Shown piece by piece: positions 27,967 to 36,896 of a stretch of DNA of 64,000 nt. Both the position numbers and the translations under genes were made by a program. Numbering within the stretch: the first letter of the stretch is position 1; each line of letters starts with the position of its first letter. Source of the stretch: an uncultured Candidatus Binatia bacterium (GTDB lineage: Bacteria; Desulfobacterota; Binatia; UBA9968; JAJDTQ01); NCBI GenBank assembly GCA_964291295.2, contig OZ219754.1, positions 1,312,001-1,376,000 of the forward strand, given 5' to 3'. The notes under the pieces were generated by a model that searched no databases, was not told the origin of the DNA, and saw only the letters and a list, made by a program, of their open reading frames with translations.

Positions 27967-28884
27967 ATGGCTGTGAGGAGCGAAAAGATTTGGGTCGACG
28001 GGGAGATGGTGGACTGGCAGGACGCCCGGTTTCACGTCATGAGCCACGCGCTCCACTATGGCACCGCCTATTTCGAGGGGATCCGTTGCTATGCGCTGGA
28101 GGACGGGCGGTCGGCGGTCTTTCGGCTCCCCGAGCACATCCGGCGCTTCAGGGATTCGGGGCACATTCTCGGCACGCCGCTGCCGTACGGCGGCGAGCGG
28201 ATGACCGAGGCGGTGCTGGATGTGATCCGCGTCAACCGGCTGAAGGAGTGTTACATCCGGCCCCTGGCGTTCGTGGGCGATGGCGAAATGGGATTGTACG
28301 CGCTGAACAATCCCGTGCGGGTGATCGTGGCGGCGTGGGCCTGGGGCGCCTACCTGGGCGACGAGGGGCTCGAACGGGGCGTCCGCGCCAAGGTGTCCTC
28401 CTATACGCGGCATCACGTCAACGTGATGATGACCAACAGCAAGATCTCCGGCAACTACGTGAACTCGGTGCTGGCCAAGCACGAGGCCAGACAGGCGGGG
28501 TACGATGAGGCGATCATGCTCGACCCCGAGGGGTGCGTCTCGGAGGCCAGCGGCGAGAACCTCTTCATCGTCAAGGACGGCGCGCTCAGGACGGCTCCGG
28601 CGACTTCGATTCTCCCCGGCATCAATCGGGCCAGCGTGATCGAGCTGGCCCGGGAGAAAGGGTACACGGTCCACGAAGAGCGTTTTGCCCGGGATGCCCT
28701 CTATATTGCCGACGAGGCCTTCCTCACCGGTACCGCGGCAGAGGTGACGCCGATCCGGGAAGTGGACGACCGCGCCGTCGGCGAGGGCAGGCCGGGGCCG
28801 GTCACGCTCGATCTGCAACAGACCTTCTTCGATGTCATCCGGGGCCGGGACGAGCGGTTCGGCCGCTGGCTGACCCTGGTCTGA
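27967..28884 (+). CDS. ilvE: Branched-chain amino acid aminotransferase
   Basis: HALHYGTAYFEGIR, YIRP, K.SGNYVNS, SGENLF, ILPGI.R, GTAAEVTP. Confidence 0.96.
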   Translation: MAVRSEKIWVDGEMVDWQDARFHVMSHALHYGTAYFEGIRCYALEDGRSAVFRLPEHIRRFRDSGHILGTPLPYGGERMTEAVLDVIRVNRLKECYIRPLAFVGDGEMGLYALNNPVRVIVAAWAWGAYLGDEGLERGVRAKVSSYTRHHVNVMMTNSKISGNYVNSVLAKHEARQAGYDEAIMLDPEGCVSEASGENLFIVKDGALRTAPATSILPGINRASVIELAREKGYTVHEERFARDALYIADEAFLTGTAAEVTPIREVDDRAVGEGRPGPVTLDLQQTFFDVIRGRDERFGRWLTLV

Positions 28885-28973
28885 ACGCGGCCCCGCCGTG
28901 AGTCCGATCCGTTTTGCCGCCAGGCGGCATGGGGCCGCCGTCCGCCGCGCGGCCTCCTGAAAGGAGCGCGCAT

Positions 28974-31355
28974 ATGTGGGTCCGGGAAATCGCGATGGCC
29001 GCCGCCTGTGTCCTTCTCGTCGCCGCCTGCGGAGGCGGTGGAGGCGGGGGTGGAGGCGGAGGCGGTACTCCGACAGAGCGGACTCCTCCCGACCCGACGC
29101 CCCGCCAACCCGTGACCCCGCCCAACCCTGCGGCACAGCTCGACACGCCGCGTTTCACGACGCATCAACCCGACGTACTCGAACAGATCGGTGCGCACCA
29201 CGCCTACGCCAGGGGCTTGACCGGAAAGGGCGTTCGGGTCGGCATCGAAGACACGGCTGTCGACTGGACGCAGAGTGCGGAGTTCGGGAACCGGGTGAAG
29301 TTGACCCACGCCGGCGGCGCCAAACTCTACTATGATCGTTGGGTGGCCAACCTTGGATCAAGCTTGGTGGGCGAACTGCTGGAGTGCGAGCGCCGCGCTT
29401 CATGCACGGAGCGGTACATCGACAGTAACGGAGACCTGCACCGGGCGACCAGGGATTTCAACCGTGAGGTGCTCGATATTGTCAGGACAACCGGCCAGCC
29501 TCGCCGGGACGACTCGGCATTCCTGGGAGACAGGCATTATCTTGAGATCGCGAACAATGCCCTCCTCTCTTTCGATGACCGTTGGATCGCCTTGCAGAAT
29601 GCCGTCAAGGAGGTGCCCACGGTCTATGGCGAAGGAATGCACGGGACGGCCGTGGCTTCGGCAGCGGGCGGGAAGAACCTGGGCGTCGCACCGGAGGTGT
29701 CCATCGTCCCCATCGCGGTCAATCTGACCTCGGACGACCAGGTCGGGAACAGGTCCGTGATCGAAGATTTCAAGGATGTCGTGGAGGGTTCGCCGTCCGC
29801 GGTGCGCAGACAACTGGACGAGGACGTGGCGAGGTTCGTGCGGGACGGGTTTGCGAAACTGGACGTGATCAATCGGTCCTATGGACGGCCGGACACGGTT
29901 TTTGCGAGGTACAACGAATACAGCGACATACGATGGCTCAGCCGATACCTGCCGAAGAGCTTGAATGCCGAAACGCAGGCGGACCGGCCTGCCGCCGAGC
30001 GGACCATCATCGTCTATGCCGCGGGCAATGAGTCGGACCCTTCCCCCGGGCTCGGCGGCGCCTTGCCCTACTATTACGCACCACTTCGCGGACACAATCT
30101 GGCGGTTGTCGCGACGGACCCATCCACCGGCACCATCGCCGATTATTCCAACCGGTGCGGTCCGTTGCCGTCGAACTGGAATGCGGCGAGCCACGGGCGC
30201 CATTACTGTCTGGCCGCCCCGGGGACGGTGCGCGGTCTGGTGCCGAGAGTGAACACGCCCGGGCGCGGGGAGGTGCGCGAAAACCGGGGCACCAGCTTTG
30301 CGGCTCCCGTCGTTACCGGTTCGCTGGCGCTCCTGATGGAGCATTTCCGGGGAACACGCGGCAACACGGCCATCGTGCGGCGGCTGCTGGACACCGCGGA
30401 TCGCAGCGGGCGCTACGGCGCGTCGGAGATCTACGGCGCCGGTTTTCTGGATCTGGAGGCGGCGTTGTCGCCGGTGGGGACGCTGGTGGCCGGGCAGTCG
30501 GGGAGCGCGCTGCGCCGCACCACGCTCTACACGCCGGCGGCGTTCGGTTCGGTGGCGTCGCGTACCGCCCACATCGAACTGGCGGCCTTCGACGCGCAGG
30601 AGTTTCCGTTCTGGGTACCGCTGTCGTCGCGCATTGTCAGCCGGCCCGTGGGTCGTTCTCCGGTTCCCCGGCTCGATGAGGGCGTTGACGCCGCGGCCGG
30701 CCCCGAAGCTTTGGGGCAGCGGTGGATGGCGTTCGGAAACGCCGCGGACGGACCGCCCGCGGGCGGGCGCCGGTGGATCGTCGGTTTCGCGCCGCAATCG
30801 GCGAGCCTGGCGTTGGCCCCGCGCCAGGAGGGCTGGGGCTACGGTCTGAACTTCGACGGCGGCGGATATCTCGGCTCGCGCACATCCGGCGGTTTCGGTT
30901 CGGAACTCCGTTCCGGTTTCTCATGGCTCACGCGCGCCTTCAGGCACGAGCTCTGGGGTGACTGGCGGCTCGAGACCACCGGCACGGTGGGTCTGGGCGC
31001 GCCGCGTTACGAGAAGCGCGCGGTCTTTACCGCCTCCCCCTCCCTGCTGTCGGCGCTGTCGGTGCGCATCGGCACGGAGAGCACGGGGCTGACCGTGGAA
31101 CAGCCGCTGCGCGCCGAGACCGGAACCGGCACGTTCCGGGTGGAGAACGGCCGGATGGAGAATGGCCAAAAGTCTTACGACGAGCACCGCATCCCACTGC
31201 GGCCCGAATCGCGGGAAGTGCGCATGACGCTGCGCCACCAACGCCCGGCGCTGGCCGGGAGGCTCGCCCTGGAACTGGGCCTGGCCATGAACGCCGGCCA
31301 CGTCCCGCACCAGCGCGAGACCAGCCTCGGCATCGCCTACCGGGCGGCATGGTGA
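28974..31355 (+). CDS. Lipoprotein S8 (subtilisin-like) serine protease with a C-terminal beta-barrel-like domain
   Basis: Lipobox VAA-C followed by Gly12; catalytic D (IEDT), H (HGTAVA), N (AAGN), S (GTSFAAP); C-terminus ..SLGIAYRAAW. Confidence 0.88.
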   Translation: MWVREIAMAAACVLLVAACGGGGGGGGGGGGTPTERTPPDPTPRQPVTPPNPAAQLDTPRFTTHQPDVLEQIGAHHAYARGLTGKGVRVGIEDTAVDWTQSAEFGNRVKLTHAGGAKLYYDRWVANLGSSLVGELLECERRASCTERYIDSNGDLHRATRDFNREVLDIVRTTGQPRRDDSAFLGDRHYLEIANNALLSFDDRWIALQNAVKEVPTVYGEGMHGTAVASAAGGKNLGVAPEVSIVPIAVNLTSDDQVGNRSVIEDFKDVVEGSPSAVRRQLDEDVARFVRDGFAKLDVINRSYGRPDTVFARYNEYSDIRWLSRYLPKSLNAETQADRPAAERTIIVYAAGNESDPSPGLGGALPYYYAPLRGHNLAVVATDPSTGTIADYSNRCGPLPSNWNAASHGRHYCLAAPGTVRGLVPRVNTPGRGEVRENRGTSFAAPVVTGSLALLMEHFRGTRGNTAIVRRLLDTADRSGRYGASEIYGAGFLDLEAALSPVGTLVAGQSGSALRRTTLYTPAAFGSVASRTAHIELAAFDAQEFPFWVPLSSRIVSRPVGRSPVPRLDEGVDAAAGPEALGQRWMAFGNAADGPPAGGRRWIVGFAPQSASLALAPRQEGWGYGLNFDGGGYLGSRTSGGFGSELRSGFSWLTRAFRHELWGDWRLETTGTVGLGAPRYEKRAVFTASPSLLSALSVRIGTESTGLTVEQPLRAETGTGTFRVENGRMENGQKSYDEHRIPLRPESREVRMTLRHQRPALAGRLALELGLAMNAGHVPHQRETSLGIAYRAAW

Positions 31356-31382
31356 ACTTGCCGGAGTGAAGGGAGATAGGCC

Positions 31383-31859
31383 ATGACCGTGGCGGAATGG
31401 ATCGCAGTCGCGCAACTGGTGATCGCGGCGGTCGGCGTCGGATCGGTGTGGTACGGGATCGCCCAGATGCGCTGGGCGGGCGAACAACGCGAGAAGCGTG
31501 AGGACCATCGCCATGCCGAGGCCATGAAGTCGCTGGACAGCCAGGCCGAAGCTCTCCGGACCGCCATGGCGGGTCTCGAACGCCAAGGGGCCGCGCTCGA
31601 CCGCCAGGGGGCTGCACTCGACCGCCAGGGAACCGCGCTCGAACGCCAGGGGGACGCGCTCGACCGCCAAGGGGCTGCGCTCGAACGCCTGGGGGGAGCG
31701 CTCGACCGTCAGGGGGCTGCGCTCGAACGTCTGGGGACGGGTCTCGACCGTCAGGGGGCTGCGCTTGAACGCTTGGGGACGGGTCTCGACCGCCAGGGGG
31801 CTGCGCTTGAACGCCAGGGAGACGCACTCGCGGCTGTACTGACCGGGAACCGGAGCTGA
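31383..31859 (+). CDS. Small membrane-anchored heptad-repeat coiled-coil protein
   Basis: GGGAG SD, N-terminal TM helix, 12 x L[DE]R[QL]GxA/G. Confidence 0.8.
   Translation: MTVAEWIAVAQLVIAAVGVGSVWYGIAQMRWAGEQREKREDHRHAEAMKSLDSQAEALRTAMAGLERQGAALDRQGAALDRQGTALERQGDALDRQGAALERLGGALDRQGAALERLGTGLDRQGAALERLGTGLDRQGAALERQGDALAAVLTGNRS
31575..31826 (+). repeat. 21-bp in-frame tandem repeat, 12 copies
   Basis: Consensus about CTCGAMCGCCAGGGGGCTGCG. Confidence 0.92.
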
Positions 31860-31949
31860 GGACGCTTCGGTTCGTTTTCGCGGGATCCGTCCGCGCCCTT
31901 CGGTTCCGCCGCGCCTGTCCCGCCCGCGGGGAGGGCGTCCATGTTCCGG

Positions 31950-32669
31950 CTAACATCTCTCGTTCCAGTCCCGCACCGAGTACTTTCGTTCGATCAGCGC
32001 CGCGATGGCGTCGGCGGGAACATCCGCGCCGCCGCACGTGGCATTCCAGGCGCGTTTCAACAGGGCCTTGATGCGCGAGGCGGGCTGGTCCAGGTTGGTG
32101 AGGAAGGTGTGGTGGGGACGGCGGCGGCGGTAACTCGGCATCCTGGGCGGCCGGGGCAGGATCTCCTCCATCAACGGAAGCGGGAAATCCAGCAGGAACG
32201 TGCCGTGGAAGAGCAGGAAGCGCCGGCGCCGCCGTTGCGCGTTGCCGGAGAACTTCCGCTGCGCCAACGCCAGGTCGGTGGCGCCCTGGTGCCGGACCGG
32301 CAGGCCGGTAGCGTCCGCCAGCAGGCGCCGGTGGCGTTCCATGATGAAGGAGTTGCTGGAGTCGATGCGCTCCAACGCCGGGTTGCCGGCGATGCGCAGG
32401 ATGAGCGCGTAGCTCAGGCAGCCAGGCCCCTGAACCACCGTGCCGCCGCCGCTGCAGCGTCGCAGGATGGGAATGCCGCGGGCGGCGCACGCGGCCACGT
32501 TTGCCTCGCGGTCCCTTTGGCTGGCGTGACCCAGCACGACGAAAGGCTGGGGGGACTCCCAGAATCGGAGGAGTTCGCGGTCCGGCCCCTGCTCGCAGTC
32601 GTCCAGCAGCGCTTCGTCGCAGGCCAGATTGGCTGCGGGGCTTGTCAGTGTCAGGTCGAGGCACTGCAT
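31950..32669 (-). CDS. Lipoate-protein ligase A / LipM-like catalytic-domain protein
   Basis: NLACDEALL, LRFWE, RRCSGGGTV, RKFSGNAQ, HGTFL. Confidence 0.88.
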   Translation of the reverse strand: MQCLDLTLTSPAANLACDEALLDDCEQGPDRELLRFWESPQPFVVLGHASQRDREANVAACAARGIPILRRCSGGGTVVQGPGCLSYALILRIAGNPALERIDSSNSFIMERHRRLLADATGLPVRHQGATDLALAQRKFSGNAQRRRRRFLLFHGTFLLDFPLPLMEEILPRPPRMPSYRRRRPHHTFLTNLDQPASRIKALLKRAWNATCGGADVPADAIAALIERKYSVRDWNERC

Positions 32670-32746
32670 GACGGACCGTTTTCGGGTGCGCGGGACCGCC
32701 GCCGGCGAGCGGCTTCGGAGTGGCATGGCCGCCGGGCCGGAAGGGC

Positions 32747-32813
32747 TTGACACGCGCGGGCGGCGGTGAATATGTTGCCCGGCACGTGTTGCTTGCGCGA
32801 TGGCTGGTATAAT
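32747..32813 (+). promoter_or_regulatory. Putative tandem promoters of the PDH operon
   Basis: TTGACA-18-TATGTT (32747-32776) and extended -10 TGG-TATAAT (32805-32813) 14 nt before the ATG. Confidence 0.55.
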
Positions 32814-32827
32814 ATCCCCGTAGGGTC

Positions 32828-35572
32828 ATGAACGCCAAGGATTCCACATACGCCGCGCTTCCCGCGACGGAAGCGGAGCTTCGCACCGGTGCGGCTCCGA
32901 CCGGAGCCGTTGGAGAAGGCGGGCACGGCGCGTCGCCGGACGACCGGCTGCTGGACTCCCTCGAGTCCCTGCTCGGGCAGGTGGTCCGGAAGGGGCCGGA
33001 ACAGGCCGATGTCCTGCTGGCACAGCTGCTGGCGCGTATCCGCGACCGCCAACAGCCCTCCCGGACGGGCCTGAACACGCCGTATCTCAACACCATTCCC
33101 CGGGAGCAGGAGCCCCCGTATCCGGGCGACCGCGGCATCGAGCGCCAAGTCAAGAGCTACATTCGCTGGAACGCCATGGCCATGGTGGTGAAGGCCAACC
33201 GGCTTCACTCGGGCCTCGGCGGCCACATCTCCACCTACGCCTCGGCGGCGAATCTCTACGAGGTGGGCTTCAATCACTTCTTCCGGGGCGGCGACGGCGG
33301 CCCGGCCGACATGGTCTATTTCCAGGGCCATGCATCGCCGGGAAACTATGCCCGGGCCTACGTGGAACATCGGCTGAGCCCGCGCAAGCTTCACCTGTTC
33401 CGGCAGGAGTTGGCCAAGGGGGCGGGACTGCCCTCCTATCCCCATCCCCATCTGATGCCCGCCTTCTGGCAGTTTCCGTCGGTGTCCATGGGGTTGGCGC
33501 CCATCATGTCCATCTATCAGGCGCGCTTCGCCCGCTATCTGACGGCGCGTGGTCTGTTGTTGCGGGAACCCCGGGTCTGGTGTTTCCTGGGCGACGGGGA
33601 GACCGACGAGCCGGAAGCCACCGGCGCGCTCTCCTTGGCCTCCCGGGAGAATCTGGACAATCTCGTATGGGTGGTCAACTGCAACCTGCAGCGGCTCGAC
33701 GGTCCGGTGCGCGGCAACGGCAAGATCATCCAGGAGCTGGAGGCCCTGTTCCGGGGCGCCGGCTGGAACGTCATCAAGGTCATCTGGGGCTCGGACTGGG
33801 ATCCGTTGCTGGAGGCCGACACCGGCGGGCGGCTGCTGGAGCGGATGGAGAAGGCGGTGGACGGAGACTATCAGAAGTACTCCGTGGCTCCCGGGAGCTA
33901 TATCCGAAAGCACTTCTTCGGCACCCATCCCGAGCTGCTGGAGATGGTCAATCATCTCAGCGATGACCAGATCCGCAGGCTGGGCCGGGGCGGCCATGAT
34001 CCCCAGAAGGTGTATGCGGCCTACAGCGCGGCGCTGCGCCACGAGGGGGCACCCACGGTGATCCTGGCGAAGACGGTCAAGGGCTACGGTCTTGGAGAGG
34101 CGGGCGAGGGGCGGAACATCACCCATCAGCAGAAGGCGCTCAACGAGAAGGAACTGCGCGACTTCCGCACCCGCTTCGGGGTGCCGCTGCCGGACGAGGA
34201 TGTGGTGGAGGCGCCCTTCTACCGGCCGCCGCCGGACAGCGAGGAGACCCGTTATCTGCTGGAACGGCGCAAAAGCCTGGGCGGTTTCCTTCCCAAGCGG
34301 CGGGAGAAGACGGCGGCGCTGCCGGTGCCCGGGGAAGGGACCTGGGAAGAGTTCTACAAGGGCGCCGCCGAGACCCGCGTCTCCACCACCATGGCGTTCG
34401 CAAAGCTCCTGAGCAAGCTGCTCCGGGATCCCGGCATCGGCAGGAACATCGTGCCGATCATCCCGGATGAAGCCCGCACCTTCGGCATGGACACTTTGTT
34501 TCGCCAAGTGGGCATCTATTCGCCCAAGGGACAACTCTACGAGCCGGTGGATCGGGAGACGCTGCTGTTCTACCAGGAGGCGCGGGACGGCCAACTCCTG
34601 GAAGAGGGCATCAGTGAAGCCGGGGCCATGTCCTCCTTCATCGCCGCGGGCACGGCCCACGCCAACTACGGTACGCCCATGATCCCCTTCTATACGTTCT
34701 ACTCGATGTTCGGCTTCCAGCGCATCGGCGACCTGATATGGGCGGCGGCCGACAGCGGGGTCAGGGGTTTCCTGCTGGGGGCCACCGCCGGACGCACGAC
34801 CCTGAACGGGGAAGGGCTCCAGCACGCCGACGGTCACAGCCACCTGCTGGCGAGCACGGTTCCGACCCTGCTCACCTACGATGCGGCCTTTGCCTACGAG
34901 GTGGCCGTCATCGTGCGCGAGGGTCTCAGGCGCATGTACCAGCGGCGCGAGGACATCTTCTGTTATCTCACGCTCTACAACGAGAACCACGAGATGCCCG
35001 CCATGCCTTCCGGCGTGGAGGAGGGCATCCTGAAGGGGCTCTACCGGTTCAGGCCGGCCGACGGCAAGAGGAAACTGCGTGCCCATCTGTTGGGCAGCGG
35101 CCCGCTCCTGTTCGAGGCGTTGCGGGCACAGGAGATCCTCGCGAGCCGCTACGACGTCGCCGCCGACGTATGGAGCGCCACGAGTTACAATTTGCTGCGC
35201 CGGGAGGCTCAGAAGGTCCAGCGCTGGAACCTCCTGCACCCCGCGGAGGCGCCGCGGAAGTCGTACCTGGAATCGCTGCTGGAGTCCGAAGAGGGGGTCT
35301 TCGTGGCGCTGTCCGACTACATGAAGATCGTGCCGGACCAGATCGCGCCGTGGGTGCCCGGCGGTCTCGTGACGCTGGGGACGGACGGCTTCGGCCGCAG
35401 CGACATCCGCCCCCGCCTGCGCCGTTACTTCGAGGTGGATGCGGAGTCGGCGGTGATCGCCACGCTTCACGCCCTGTCCCGGACGGGCCGGATACGGAAG
35501 TCGGTGGTGGCGCGGGCCTTGCGCGAGTTGCAATACAATCCCGCCAAGCCGCACCCCGACATGGCCGTCTGA
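32828..35572 (+). CDS. aceE: Pyruvate dehydrogenase E1, homodimeric
   Basis: YIRWNAMAMV, GGHISTYAS, GDGETDEPE..NCNLQRLDGPV, YSMFGFQR, LGTDGFGRSD. Confidence 0.97.
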   Translation: MNAKDSTYAALPATEAELRTGAAPTGAVGEGGHGASPDDRLLDSLESLLGQVVRKGPEQADVLLAQLLARIRDRQQPSRTGLNTPYLNTIPREQEPPYPGDRGIERQVKSYIRWNAMAMVVKANRLHSGLGGHISTYASAANLYEVGFNHFFRGGDGGPADMVYFQGHASPGNYARAYVEHRLSPRKLHLFRQELAKGAGLPSYPHPHLMPAFWQFPSVSMGLAPIMSIYQARFARYLTARGLLLREPRVWCFLGDGETDEPEATGALSLASRENLDNLVWVVNCNLQRLDGPVRGNGKIIQELEALFRGAGWNVIKVIWGSDWDPLLEADTGGRLLERMEKAVDGDYQKYSVAPGSYIRKHFFGTHPELLEMVNHLSDDQIRRLGRGGHDPQKVYAAYSAALRHEGAPTVILAKTVKGYGLGEAGEGRNITHQQKALNEKELRDFRTRFGVPLPDEDVVEAPFYRPPPDSEETRYLLERRKSLGGFLPKRREKTAALPVPGEGTWEEFYKGAAETRVSTTMAFAKLLSKLLRDPGIGRNIVPIIPDEARTFGMDTLFRQVGIYSPKGQLYEPVDRETLLFYQEARDGQLLEEGISEAGAMSSFIAAGTAHANYGTPMIPFYTFYSMFGFQRIGDLIWAAADSGVRGFLLGATAGRTTLNGEGLQHADGHSHLLASTVPTLLTYDAAFAYEVAVIVREGLRRMYQRREDIFCYLTLYNENHEMPAMPSGVEEGILKGLYRFRPADGKRKLRAHLLGSGPLLFEALRAQEILASRYDVAADVWSATSYNLLRREAQKVQRWNLLHPAEAPRKSYLESLLESEEGVFVALSDYMKIVPDQIAPWVPGGLVTLGTDGFGRSDIRPRLRRYFEVDAESAVIATLHALSRTGRIRKSVVARALRELQYNPAKPHPDMAV

Positions 35573-35584
35573 CGGCTGCACCCC

Positions 35585-36856
35585 ATGGATGTAACGCTTC
35601 CCAGGCTGGCCGAAGGGGCGGACGCCGGTACCGTCGTCAGCATCGTCGTTGCCGAGGGCGATCAGGTCCGGGTGGACCAGACGCTCCTGGAACTCGAGAA
35701 CGAGAAGGCGGTGGCGCCCATTCCCTCCACCGGCGCCGGCAAGGTTGCCCGGATACACGTGGAGGTGGGCCAGGTGGTGTCGGTGGGTCAGGTGCTGGTG
35801 ACCATCGACGAGGACCGAGCCGCCACGGCGGCGGCCGAAGAGGCCCCGGTGCCGGCCGCTGAAAGGGTGGACGAGTCGTCCGGCGCGCCGCTGCCGGTCC
35901 GCGCGCACGTTTCCGGCAGCGGCGCGCCGCCGCCGGCTTCGCCGACGGTACGGAAGATCGCGCGGGAACTGGGCATCGACCTCGCTCGGGTGAGGGGCAG
36001 CCAGCGTGGCGGGCGCATCGTCCTGGCCGACGTCCGAAGCTATATACAGGGACTCCAGGACATGGCGTTCAGGCCAGCGGCGGCGGCAGCGGACGACGTC
36101 TCACCGCCGGATGACGTCTTTCAGACCCTGGATCTCGGCAGGTGGGGGCCGGTCCGCCGCGAACGGATGTCGCCGCTCCGGCGCACCATCGCGCAGCGGA
36201 TGACCGAGTCCTGGAGGAGCATACCGCACGTAAGCCAGTTCGACGACGCCGACATCACCGACCTCATGCAGGCCCGGAAACGTCTCGCCACGGCCTACGA
36301 GAAGGCGGGCGCCCGACTGACGGTGACCTCCTTCGCCATCAAGGCGGTGGTGTCGGCATTGGCGAAGTATCCCGCATTCAAGGCCAGCGTCGACTACCAG
36401 GCCCGGGAGATCGTCACCCGCGACGACTGCCACATCGGCGTGGCCGTGGACACCGAGGCGGGGCTGATCGCGCCGGTCATCCGCGACGCGGACAGGAAGG
36501 ATCTGCTGGAACTCTCCACCGAACTGGACGAACTGGCGGAGCGGACCCGGCAGCGCAGGCTGTCCGCCGACGAGATGCAGGGTGCGACGTTCACGATATC
36601 GAACCTCGGCAGCATCGGCGGCTCCTACTTCACGCCTGTGGTGAACATACCCCAGGTGGCGGTTCTGGGCATCGGGCGCGGGATGCAGCGGCCGGTGGTG
36701 CGCAACAGGAAAGTCGTGCCGCGGCTGGTTCTGCCGCTGGTGCTGTCCTATGATCATCGGGTGATCGACGGCGCCGATGGAGCGCGTTTCCTGCGTGAAC
36801 TGGTGCGCTGTCTGGAAGACTATCCCGAAGCGGACATCAAGGGGCCTGTGTCATAG
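35585..36856 (+). CDS. aceF: Dihydrolipoamide acetyltransferase E2 (single lipoyl domain)
   Basis: LENEKA lipoyl motif, ASPTVRKIARELG, SYDHRVIDGA. Confidence 0.93.
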   Translation: MDVTLPRLAEGADAGTVVSIVVAEGDQVRVDQTLLELENEKAVAPIPSTGAGKVARIHVEVGQVVSVGQVLVTIDEDRAATAAAEEAPVPAAERVDESSGAPLPVRAHVSGSGAPPPASPTVRKIARELGIDLARVRGSQRGGRIVLADVRSYIQGLQDMAFRPAAAAADDVSPPDDVFQTLDLGRWGPVRRERMSPLRRTIAQRMTESWRSIPHVSQFDDADITDLMQARKRLATAYEKAGARLTVTSFAIKAVVSALAKYPAFKASVDYQAREIVTRDDCHIGVAVDTEAGLIAPVIRDADRKDLLELSTELDELAERTRQRRLSADEMQGATFTISNLGSIGGSYFTPVVNIPQVAVLGIGRGMQRPVVRNRKVVPRLVLPLVLSYDHRVIDGADGARFLRELVRCLEDYPEADIKGPVS

Positions 36857-36896
36857 ACTTTTGGCAGGACAGGCTGCCTGACAGGTGAGGAAACCC

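Noticed and set aside
31575-31826. CRISPR or DGR-type repeat
   Set aside because: Contiguous in-frame 21-bp coding VNTR with no spacers and no reverse transcriptase nearby.
32651-35908. Very long antisense ORFs (1085 aa here; also 59425-62586, 41509-44202, 16891-19428, 19513-21897, 7996-10203, 202-2007)
   Set aside because: Shadows of real GC-rich genes on the opposite strand, with no domain motifs.
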